Source: Felis catus (lineage: Eukaryota). Taken from it: DNA of 64,000 nt. The notes beneath the pieces were generated by a model. It searched no databases, was not told where the DNA came from, and saw nothing but the letters and a program-made list of their open reading frames with translations. The stretch covers positions 128,156,001 through 128,220,000 of the forward strand of contig NC_058368.1 in the NCBI RefSeq assembly GCF_018350175.1, in the 5' to 3' direction. Position numbers and translations under genes: made by a program. This document shows, in pieces, positions 39,690 to 51,260 of this stretch (positions are counted from its first letter, which is position 1; every line of letters starts with the position of its first letter).

Positions 39690-41900
39690 GCATTTCTGCT
39701 TCCAGCTATGACAGAATAACTGATAAGAGATGAGTTCTCCAACAGAAAACACTTCTAAAACTGGATAAAATACATAAGGACAATATTTTCAGACAGCAGA
39801 AAACAGATCAGTCTAGGACTGCAATCCCTGAGGAGAGGCAAAAAGGTAAATCCCATCAAAGTCCATCTTACTAAGGATATTTTCTTTAACATGACATAGA
39901 GAGATGAAGTCAAGCAGAACAGAACAGTTATGTTAAGCTGAGGAGGTAGAGAGCAGGTTTCAGGGCAGGTGACATGAGCTGACATGACTCAAATGTTAGT
40001 CCTAGATGGTAGAACCTTAGCAAGCAAAGATTTATGCAAAGAAAAATTCCCAGAAGTCTAAGTTAGAATTCTCCCCAAGTCTGTGGTTGAGATCTGGGCC
40101 ATACCTTTGCAGGATGAAAACACCTGAGGCTTACCTGATAGCAAATGTAATGGGGTTGAAAGAACAGAGATACCAGCAGTCAAGGAGTGCTAGAGGAAAG
40201 ACAATGCTGGACATCACTGGAGTTCAGGCCCTATAAGAGTAGAAGACCTCATTAATAAATACTTTACTAGCACTTGTAGAGGCCACCTGGGGAAGGAAAT
40301 GACTGCATTATACAAGTAAACTGAGTCCTATGACCCCAACAAAGCCTAAAACAAAGGCTCAAGCAAACATATAGATTTGCGCTAATGAAGCATTGAACCA
40401 TGTTCAGAGTGAATGGCCAATAATTCAACATTATGCCAAAATAAAAATCAATGTTCTTCTGAAGAAAATAACAGAATGCAGACAGTTTACAACATACTAG
40501 CCAAAATTTCCTATAATCAGTAAAAAAATCACAAAACAAAAAATTGTGACACATGGACAAGCAAAAAATAAAACCCTAAAGTAGCCCAGGTATTCGGCCT
40601 AACAAAAACTTTAAAACAACTATTATAACTATGTTCAAAGAATTAAAGATATGCTCAAAGAATTAAAGGAAATATGATCTTAATGAGTAAACAGAGAGGG
40701 AACATAAGCAGATAAAAAGACCAAATGGATGTTCAGGAACTGTCAACTACAAATGAAATAAAAAAGTTAGTGGATGGGCATCATAGCTGATTGGAGATAG
40801 CAGCAAAGAAAGTGACAACCTACAACAGATTTAAACTAATAATTCAATCTAGGAAGTGAACAGGAGAAAAAGCAAGAGAATGAACTGAGCTTCAAGGGGA
40901 GGCAGGACAATATCAAATAATTTTCCATAAATATAATTGCAATCCTAAAAGTAAAAGAGAATAAGATTAGCCAATTAAAAAATCTGAAGGAACACTGAGT
41001 GAAAACTCCTCAAATCTGATTAAAAATACTGGGTTAGAGATCCAAGAAGCTTAGCAAATCCCAAGGAGTGTAAATATAAAGAAAAGTGTGTTCAGGAACT
41101 TTGAAGTCAAACAGGAGAAGTTAAAAAATAAAGTTAAAAATAAAATATGAAGAGCGTCCGGAGAAAGATACACATTATATATAGAAGAACAAGAATAAGA
41201 ATGGCCACAGGCTTTTTGGGAAACAATGGAGACAAGACATAAAAAGACAATGACATAGCATCTTAAAACTATAGAAAGGAAAAAAAAAAACCTATTAATC
41301 CAGGATTCTATATCCAACAAAAATACCTTCAAAGATCAGAATGGAATAAAGATATTTATAAATCAACAAAAGCTGAAAATATTAATCACCAGCAGACCTG
41401 CCCTGCAGAGTTTGCAAGAAATGCAACAGGCTGAAGGCAAATGAAACCAGAGAGTAATTTACATCTACAATAAACAGTAAGAAACACTAAAAACGCTAAA
41501 TAAAGTCGTAAATTTATATTAGTATGTTGTCTTTCTTCTTTGAATTTCCTTAGAAAACCACCAAACATTCAAAGAAAAAATAATGATACTATTAGGTGCA
41601 CTTTAAAAAAATACTTTGAAAGATTCAGCAATAATGATACAAAGAAAGAGGAATAAGTAACCTGAGTCATGTTATTAAAGATTATTACATTTGTTAAATG
41701 TTAGGTGTCAATTATGAAGAGGTACAATATTGACTATAAATAAACTCTAATGAGCTAAAGGTACCTATTTTTAACCCTGCAGCCATCAATAGAGAGGGGG
41801 GGTATAATTAAAAGGCAATTAAGAATAAAATAACATGGCACACTTAAAAATACTACATTTACCCAAAAAGGGCAGGAAAGAATCAAGAGAGAAGCAAAAA
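39690..41900 (+). mobile_element. Ancient L1 5' region (5' UTR, ORF1 and inter-ORF remnants)
   Basis: ORF1-like motifs agagatccaagaagcttagcaaatccca, aatccaggattctatatccaacaaaaataccttcaaa and atcaccagcagacctgccctgca. Confidence 0.75.
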
Positions 41901-42853
41901 AGTAAGAGACAAATTGGGAAAAAAATTTCATACCTGATATTTAGTAGGACTTATTCAACAAATTCAAACAATGAGAGGCTGCATTGCTGAAGCCTTAAGA
42001 AATGCAAACATTAATAAGACACGCTTTCTGACTTCAAAAATCGTATTTATAGATTATATAATAATTACATGTGAGAAGTACAATCAAAGTTATAGTTGCC
42101 ACTGAGCACTTCCTATATACTAGTGATTCTACTACATGCTTCACAATCCTCACATGCTTCACAATTCCTCATAATCCATAATGTAGTTGCTCTTAGCCCC
42201 ATTTTGTAGATGACAGTTGGATGTAAGCCTCATCAGAGCAATGACAATATATATCTATCTTTGCATTATCAATGCCTGACCCTTTGCACGGCATCTAATA
42301 GGTCGATAAACAGCCATCAAAAGAATGAATGAATTCCAAAGGACAAGATAATTTTCCCAAAGTCATGCAGAGACTACAAGTGGGAGGCAGATCAACTTGA
42401 GTTCAAAGTCCTTTGTATTAACAATTAGGATCCCAAAAGACAATAACCTGGATAAGAATACATCCTGTTTACCCATGCAGTGCCAGGTTATACCTATTAT
42501 CCCAATGTGATTATAAATAGGGTCCCCATTCACTTTTTAAAAATAGGTAAGTTTTATGGTTACTCTAAGATTTCAGAGCTGAATGAGAGCTCTTCTTTGA
42601 GATGATGAGAAACCCTTCAAGAGATGATCATTAAAATCAACTTTTTGAAAGGTGAATGGTATTTGCTAGACACAAAGAAGATAAGGCTTAAGAGGTGAAA
42701 AGACTTCTGTGACTTAAAATATGACATATGAAGATGTAAACAGTTGTGAGGTTTGATACTACAAAAAATCTTGAAATAAAAATTATTTTTCACAGAAGTT
42801 CACAAATGATGGGGACAGCAAGCTTTCTAAATGATTGGAAACAAAAACAAACA

Positions 42854-42987
42854 GGGGCGCCTGGGTGGCTCTGTCAGTTGAGCATCTGACTTCAGCTCAG
42901 GTCAATCTCACAGCTATGGAATTCGAGCCCCGGATCAGGGCATTCTGTCTCTGTCAAAAATAAATAAACATTAAAAAAATTATTTTT
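42854..42987 (+). mobile_element. Internally deleted Can-SINE
   Basis: Head up to ttcgagcccc..atcagg joins directly to the end of the CT tract and the tail. Confidence 0.88.
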
Positions 42988-45079
42988 GAACAAACAAAAA
43001 CAATGACAAATGACAACACTACATGTCACTGAGCTGAAGTAGAGGAACTGGAACATTCCTTTTTTGTTTCAACTTGTGTTTAAGTCTTAAAAGACAGACT
43101 TAATAGCATTGTTTTGTAAATCACCTTCATTTTGAAGGTGAAGATAAAAAAAGACTCAATGGATTCAAATGGGTACAACTGAGTTAAACTAAACCAAAGT
43201 GATTTTCAATTAGGTGAAATAGAATTCAGTTTCACTAAAAAAGAAAAAGGAAAGCAAAAGAAGTCCTTAACTCAAATACACGGCAAACAGAAACCCCCCC
43301 CCGCCGCAAAAAGGAAGAGATGTCTATGTGTGCTTTTAAAGAATATTCAACAAATTGAATGGTTACTATCAATATGATCATTAGCTATACCTTTTGAGTG
43401 TTCACTATGTACCCTGTTAGACAACTTACATAAATCATCTAATCCTCCTAAAAATCTCCTAATATCAGTATTCTAATCTCCTTATTATTTATAGATGTAA
43501 AAGACAAAGCTCATTAGAATCCTAACAGTCTTTAATGGTAGAAAAGGCATCTATTTTTGCATGTACCTAATTCCAAGCATCTCTCACTACTGCCTCCAGG
43601 TCTCATTGCACCAATCATAATCCTTAATTTACTGTGAATGGGAAAAATAGAAGTGAAAAAGAAAAAACTTCCTCGTATCTCCCTAACTCTGAGGGATAGT
43701 TCTGTATGTCAAATAAACGGTCTTGGCACACTGCAAAGAAAATGCTGAAGGAGATGTAAAAATGCAAAACGCTGTTAAGTTCATCTCACTAACCAGGAAA
43801 TGATTGATGCTTGGAGAAAATAATGGTTTACAAATATGAATAGAATATACTCTGCCTAGAGCACAGGTTTATGGTACAGTATTAAAGCGAAGTAAACATG
43901 AGCAGAGAACACTGGACAGACAACTGTGAGATTTGTTTGCTATTAGATTATAACCTTCCATACCAGAATTTTTTTCTCCAAAATACAAAAGTACTTTCTT
44001 CCCCTATAGGATGTAAAACTAAACCAGAAAAATCATCTAAGAACAGTCAGTGAAGTCACTTTACTCATAAGTGAAAGTTCAGGTTTACACTTGTATGTTT
44101 TATGACAATTTGTATTAAACCTTCAACCAAGAATACAAATGTTTCCTGACTCTCCACCTAGAAGTCTATGAGGGCATATTATTTCTAAGATTTTCTTTTA
44201 GGATATTGGTATTTCAATTTTGGGAACACTTCCTTCTACTCCATTTTATTTCAGCTTGAATAAATTAGACAATTATTTAGTGCTTTTTTTATTTAGTACA
44301 AGTTGAGCACTTGTCCATAGCACTCTTTGCTAAGCCAAAATTTTAAAACAGAACAAAGAGACTAATATTTAATTTTTCAGAGCCTTCAGGTTTAACTTGT
44401 AGGTTCCAGGACATGGAGCTAAGAAACCTGTCAGGGCTGGTAGGGAAAGGCAACAAAGTACAAATAATTGTTGCCTAAGAAATAGTTCAGATAGATAAAT
44501 AGATAAGGAAAGTGTAAAAAGGCCTGTAAGGATAAATAATTTTTTTCCAGGAAAATTCCCCTCAATCTATCAGTATGTGGAATACTGAGAATTTGTGAAT
44601 TAAAATTTTTTTTGTTCTTCTAAACCTCTTCCAAAAGTGGAATGTATATAAAAAAGTTACTTGAGAATGACAACAATCCATTGATCCTACATAGTATCAA
44701 TTTATTCAGATCAAGAAATATGGCTGTATTATTTGTTCTCAAATTACAAAAAATGTTTTTCATATGGAATATGTAATAGCCCAGAATAAAGCAAAAAATC
44801 AGTTAAATTATGTTGCAAGTTTCCAACACTAATCCTCAATAAAGATTTTAGAAATCTACCTGCTTTCATTATGTCCCTGAGTTCTCTCTTGAACGTCTTC
44901 AATAAACTGACAAACTTTCTCCTACATGAAGTCCTACATTTTCAATACCAGAGTGCCATACTTATATTTAAAATTTAATAATGATAAGCCCTAACAACAA
45001 CGTATGATGTATTTCAAGTAAACTTCAAGATTAAGAATTGATTTAATCCAGCTGTAGTTTCAAAAAGAAATCAAGAGAC

Positions 45080-46955
45080 AGTCAACAAAGATGATGACAT
45101 AAGAGACTCCTGAACTCCCCTCCTCCCACAAATGCACTGAAAGTAGGGCTACACATGAACAAACTTTCTCTGAGAGAGGGTTCAAATAAATAAAATCCCT
45201 GAAAACATATAACCTACAAAGGCTGAATTATCAAAAAATAGAATATATGAACAGACCAATTACTACTAAGGAGATCGAATAAGTAATTCAAAAACTTCCC
45301 AATAAAAAGTTCAAGACCAGAATACTTCACCTATGAATTTTATCAGATACTTGAAGAACTAATATTAATTCACCCCAAACTCTTTCAAAAATAGAAGAAA
45401 AGGGAACATATCTTAACTCATTTTACAAGGCATTACTCTGAAAGCAGTCAGACAAGGACACTATAAGAAAACTACAGACCATATTCCCAATCAATACAAA
45501 AATTCTCAACAAAATACTATCAACAAAACTCAGTAATACATTAAAAGGATCATACACCATAGTCAAGTGTGATTCATTCAAGGGATGCAAGGATGATTGA
45601 ACATTTGCAAATCAATAATGGAATACACCACATTAACAAAATGAAGTATTAAAATAATATGATCATTTGAATAAATGTAGAAAAATCATTTGACAAAATT
45701 CAACATGCTTACATGATAAAAACTCTCAAGAGACTGCCTACACATGGACTGTGCCTCAACATTATGAATCCATACATGACAAGCCCACAATTAATACCAT
45801 ACTCAATGGTCAAATGCTGAAAGCTTTCACTCCAAGTTCAGGAACAAGACAAGGGTCTTATTTAACATAGTACTAGAAGTCCTAAATGGAGCAATTAGGC
45901 AAGAAGAAGTATATATCCAAATCAGAAAGAAAGAAATAAAGCTGACTCTATTTTCATGGACATACTGTATTTGGAAAACCTAAAAATTTCACCACAAAAC
46001 TGTTAGACCTAAAAAACAATTTCAGTAAAGTTTCAGATACAAAAATATACAAAAATTAGTTATATTTCTGTACACCAACAACTACCAGAAACAGAAATTA
46101 AGAAGACAATTCCATTTATAATGGCACTGAAAAAACAAAGTTCTTGTGAATTAATTTTACCAAGATAGTAAAAGATTTGTACACTGAAAACTCTAAAACT
46201 GATTAAAGAAATTGAAGGTGGCATAAGTAGAAATATAGTCCATATTCATGGATTGGAAGAATATTGTTAAAACATCCATACCTAGAGATTAAACGCAGTC
46301 CTTATCAAAACTCCAAAGGCATTTTTCACAGAAAAAAAAAAACAAAAAACAAAAAAACCAACACTGTTAAACTGGGTACAGAACCAAAATAATCTGAATA
46401 GCCACAGCAATCCCGAGAAAGAAGAACAAAACTGGAGGCATCTCACTCCCTGATTTCAAACTTTATTACAAAGCTATAGTAATCAAAAGAGTGTTATTAT
46501 TCAGCCTTTAAAAAGGAAAGAAATCCATTCATTTGAAACAACATAGAGGAACCAAGGGGATATTACGCTAAATGAAGCAAGCTTGGCAGAAAAACAAATA
46601 CCGCATTGCAACACTTATACATGGAACCTTTAAAGACAGAAGGGAATGGGGAATAATAGAAGGTTGATAAAGGGTACCAACTTTCATTTATAAGATAAAT
46701 AGGGTTGGAGGATCTAATGTACAATATGTTGACTATATTTGCTAACACTGTCATGCATAATTGAAAGCTGCTAAAACAGCAAAACATTCTCACCAAAACA
46801 AAACCAAACAAAACACTACAAATGTGAGGTGATGGAGGTTTTCATTAACTGAATGGGGTGGGGGGAATCTTTTCACAATGTATACATATATCAAATCATG
46901 TTATACACTTTAAATATCTTATACTCTTGTCAGCTGTATTTCAATGAAGCTTGGG
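45080..46955 (+). mobile_element. Old L1 with two large internal deletions (5' UTR start, mid-ORF2, ORF2 end plus 3' UTR)
   Basis: aagatgatgacataagagactcctgaactcccctcctccca resembles an L1 5' end. 45185-46490 parallels about 52540-53915 of the young L1, then jumps to the ORF2 terminus. Confidence 0.8.
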
Positions 46956-47336
46956 GCAGAGAACCAGAAAATACACATCCATTCCAAGCACTTCCAATTT
47001 GAAGCCTGACTGCCTACTGCCTAAGCTACTTGCAGGTGGCAACCATTATTCCTACATACTTAGAAACAGTATGAGTGTTCTTGGGCCACCAGGATACCAT
47101 TTAGTTTAGTGAAGCATACCGAAACTACCCACAGAACTTACACCGTTTCTGGAAGTACTAAATTAGATTCAATACGGCAATGGTCTAAATGATGGGAAAA
47201 TCCAGTGAAGCTTTTTCAAGTGCAGATATTTTACACCCTTCTAGGAATCTGCTAATTATCACTTTATCTCAAAGGAGCAGAGAACTGGAAGAATATGACG
47301 ATGACTATGCAGAGAATAGGCTGGAATAAGGTAAAA

Positions 47337-47341
<5 letters not shown>

Positions 47342-47396
<55 letters not shown>
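47342..47396. repeat. (TA)n microsatellite
   Basis: Perfect run of about 27 units. Confidence 0.97.
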
Positions 47397-47399
<3 letters not shown>

Positions 47400-47820
47400 G
47401 TTTGAAGACAGAGGTCTTGAGTTCATATTATGTCTTGACCACTCTAAACTGTGTAACTTTGACACAGCTACCTCTCTTAGTCTTAGTGCCCTTCTCTTCA
47501 ATGGAACATCTACTTTACTTGGTTGTTGTAATGCTTGAACATGTGTGAACCCATCTTAAACTATTGCTTGGCCGTTTGGAAGTATTCAGTGAACACTGGA
47601 TGGGCACAAGTTTTGATAACAGACACACGTGGCTCAAATCCCAATTCTAGTATTTATAAATAGTTTAATTTTTCCAGATCACTTGTCTCAGTTTCTTCGA
47701 CTATAAGGTGTAATGAAATTTCCCACCTCTCAGCCTTTCATTATTTAATACCTTAGATAATGTAATAAATACTTAGCACAGGGGCTTACATCAAGTATTT
47801 CATAAAGGCTGTTGTTATTG
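47397..47820 (+). mobile_element. Two MIR fragments
   Basis: actgtgtaactttgacacagctacctctc and tcaaatcccaattcta..tctcagtttcttcgactataa..aaatacttagcacagggg. Confidence 0.6.
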
Positions 47821-48201
47821 TTTCATGTTGAATCTAGACCACAACAAGAGCTATGTGGTCCATTTGTGGCTTCACTAAAAATTGATGATGGGTAGACACT
47901 CTTAAGTTTGGACCCAAAATTCCTCTATGACTTTTGCCTAAGCATATACTGGTAGCCTTTTCCAGTACTATTTGTCTGCAGATCCTGAATATTCTTAATA
48001 TACTTAGACTGTTCCTTATGTTAATTTTTATTAATACCTTTTCTTTGAGCATAAATTCAGAGAGAATATGTAAATTGAGAATCCTCTTCAGATCTTTGCT
48101 ATCCATTATGGAAATTCAGTTACCATGGCTTCCATGGTAAAAATCTTAGAGCTTTTTCATCCAGCTCAAGAGAATCCAAATAAACAAAAACTTATGCTTA
48201 C

Positions 48202-48495
48202 CGATCAACCCTGTTGTAGACATTTTATGTTCAAAAGCCATGGAGGCCGTTATGACTTTTCCTTTCCACATTCCCTCAATTGGAGCAACTTTCGCAAATG
48301 AAGACTGCCTTTGTCATGAGGGCAAAATCCATAAACCAGTCCCACTGAGAAGCTATCTCTTTTGTGATTGACATTAGATAGTTGTGAGAAGCTGGCACTA
48401 CTTGTGAATGGAGGGTTGGAATATTATCAATAAATGCTGGGATATTTCACACCTTTTCTATACAAGATACTGGTGTTCCTTGTTACCCTATAAAC
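48202..48495 (-). other. Candidate 294-nt exon of an unidentified host gene (5' UTR-like, lncRNA, or first coding exon)
   Basis: Minus strand reads aaattttgttag|GTTTATAG ... GTTGATCG|gtaagc. Unique sequence with stops in all three frames; the final frame MWKGKVITASMAFEHKMSTTGLI stays open to the donor. Confidence 0.55.
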
Positions 48496-48689
48496 CTAAC
48501 AAAATTTAAGTGGTCTTTATTTGTGATCCTTTATTTGTTACAACATACAACAGAAATCACATTGAAGAGATACCATTTTATTGCAATCATTGTGGGAAGG
48601 TCATTAAACAAAGCTTTAACCCTATTCTTTATCTGAAAATTCACACTTGAAAGGAATATGAAGAATGAAAAAGGGAGGAGAACTACAAG

Positions 48690-49010
48690 AGAGCACATGG
48701 AGGAGAATAAGAAGGAAAAATGCTTGGAAATGCCTTTCCTGTCAATTTTATGGAAAATAGCACACCTATCCTCACCCTCATCAATGAAACGCTGTATCTG
48801 CTTTATTCTTCTTTGTAGTATTATCACCACCTGACAGTTTTTTTTTTTTTTTTTTATTCATAGTATGCTTTCTCCTTTAGAAGGTAAGTCCCTAAGGGCA
48901 AGATTTCACGCCTTTTTTGCTCATTGGCTAGTCTCCTCACCCCCACCACAGTGCTTATGGCAGAATCTGGCATACAGTATGAATTCAATAAATGCATTTA
49001 TGAAAGGAAT
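48690..49010 (+). mobile_element. L2 3' end
   Basis: tagaaggtaagtccctaagggcaagattt..cagaatctggcatacagtatgaattcaataaatgcatttatgaaaggaat. Confidence 0.65.
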
Positions 49011-49387
49011 AGGGACGATTAGCCGAGTAACAGGAGTGTGACTCCACAATATGGGAAATTAGGGCCTCTATTCAATGGCCAGAGTGATACCAGGAAAATG
49101 AGCCAATGTTTCTTCCAACACTCACCACTTTCCCTCAATTTCAGAGGTTCAAGAATAGTTAACAGTGAGTAAAGGGCTCTCTCCCCGGTATCTCACCGCT
49201 GCGTCAGTGCAGCTTGTGTAAAAACTGCATTCCATGCCAGGCCTGAAATGTTCCAAAGCTCAGTTCGGTTTTGTTAGAACATTCTATCTGGTCTCACTGG
49301 ATCAAGCTCTCCTCTCCAGATCGCCCTGTATGGGGAACTGAAAATAATCCTTGTTTCAATGTATTTTCTTTTAGAAATTATTTTGGC

Positions 49388-50316
49388 GAGGAGAGAGGGA
49401 AGATGGCGGCGTAGGAGGACACTGGGCTCACCTCGCATCCTGCTGATCACTTAGATTCCACCTACACCTGCCTAAATAACCCAGAAAACCGCCAGGGGAT
49501 TAGCAGAACGGAGTCGCCGGAGCCAAACGCAGACGAGAGGCCCACGGAAGAGGGTAGGAAGGGCTGCGAGCCGGTGCGCGCTCCACGGACTGGCGGGAGG
49601 GAGCCGGGGCGGAGGGGCGGCTCGCCGGCCAAGCAGAGCCCCCGAGTTTGGCTGGCAAAAGCGGAGGGGCCTGACGGACTGTGTTCCCACAACAAGTGCG
49701 ACTTAGCGTCTGGGAGGTCATAAGTTAACAGCTCTGCTCAGAAAGCGGGAAGGCTGGAGGACAAAGGGAGGGAGAGCTGCTGAGCCCCCTGATGACAGAG
49801 CTCAGTTTGGTGGGGAACAAAGGCGCTCGCCAGCGCCATCTCCCCCGCCCAACCCCCAACCAAAATCCCAAAGGGAACCAGTTCCTGCCAGGGAACTTGC
49901 TCGCTCCACGCAAACACCCAACTGTGTGCTTCTGTGGAGCCAAACTTCCAGCAGTGGATCTGACTCCCTCCCACTGCCACAGGGCCCCTCCTGAAGTGGA
50001 TCACCTAAGGAGAAGCGAGCTAAGCCTGCCCCTCCTGCCCCCGTGCACCTTGCCTACCCACCCCAGCTAATACGCCAGATCCCCAGCACCACAAGCCTGG
50101 CAGTGTGCAAGTAGCCCAGGCGGGCCACGCCACCCCACAGTGAATCCCGCCCCTAGGAGAGGGGAAGAGAAGGCACACACCAGTCTGACTGTGGCCCCAG
50201 CGGTGGGCTGGGGGCAGACATTAGGTCTGACTGTGGCCCGCCCACCAACTCCAGTTATACACCACAGCACAGGGGAAGTGCCCTGCAGGTCCGCACCACT
50301 CCAAGGCCTATCCAAA
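49388..50316 (+). promoter_or_regulatory. L1 5' UTR with CpG-rich internal promoter
   Basis: YY1-type AAGATGGCGGC at the start; high GC and many retained CpGs over about 49400-49910. Confidence 0.85.
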
Positions 50317-51210
50317 ATGACCAAACGGAAGAATTCCCCTCAAAAGAATCTCTAGGAAATAACAACAGCTAATGAACTGATCAAAAAGGATTTAAATGGT
50401 ATAAGAGAAAGCGAATTTAGAATAATAGTCATAAAATTAATCGCTGGGCTTGAAAACAGTATACAGGACAGCAGAGAATCTCTTGCTACAGAGATCAAGG
50501 GACTAAGGAACAGTCAGGAGGAGCTGAAAACCGCTTTAAACGAGATGCAAAATAAAATGGAAACGTCCAAGGCTCGGCTTGAAGAGGCAGAGGAGAGAAT
50601 AGGTGAACTAGAAGATAAAGTTAGGGAAAAAGAGGAAGCTGAGAAAAAGAGAGAGAAAAAAATCCAGGAGTATGAGGGCAAAATTAGAGAACTAAGTGAT
50701 ACACTAAAAAGAAATAATATACGCATAATTGGTATCCCAGAGGAGGAAGAGAGAGGGAAAGGTGCTAAAGGGGTACTTGAAGAAATAATAGCTGAGAACT
50801 TCCCTGAACTGGGGAAGGAAAAAGGCATTGAAATCCAAGAGGCACAGAGAACTCCCTTCAGACGTAACCTGAATCGATCTTCTGCACGACATATCATAGT
50901 GAAACTAGCAAAATACAAGGATAAAGAGAAAATTCTGAAAGCAGCAAGGGGTAAACATGCCCTCACATATAAAGGGAGACCTATAAGACTCGTGACTGAT
51001 CTCTCTTTTGAAACTTGGCAGGCCAGAAAGAATTGGCATGAGATCTTCAGTGTGCTAAACAGAAAAAATATGCAGCCGAGAATCCTTTATCCAGCAGGTC
51101 TGTCATTTAGAATAGAAGGAGAGATAAAGGTCTTCCCAAACAAACAAAAACGGAAGGAATTTGTCACCACTAAACCAGCCCTACAAGAGATCCTAAGGGG
51201 GACCCTGTGA
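50317..51210 (+). pseudogene. L1 ORF1 (RNA-binding protein) with one premature TAG at codon 13
   Basis: MTKRKNSPQKNL* and then the same frame stays open through the coiled coil, RNNIRIIGIPE, RILYPA and KPALQEIL to TGA at 51210. Confidence 0.93.
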
Positions 51211-51260
51211 GACAAAGTCCCAGAGACATCACTACAAGTATAAAACATACATACATCACA

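Noticed and set aside
25482..42170. Short tandem duplications of 16-20 bp (25482, 40631, 42134)
   Set aside because: Ordinary slippage events with no sign of function.
49373..49387. agaaatt as the TSD of this L1 copy
   Set aside because: It is only 7 bp and not flush with the L1 start. The perfect 15-bp repeat at 49161/56132 fits this insertion better.
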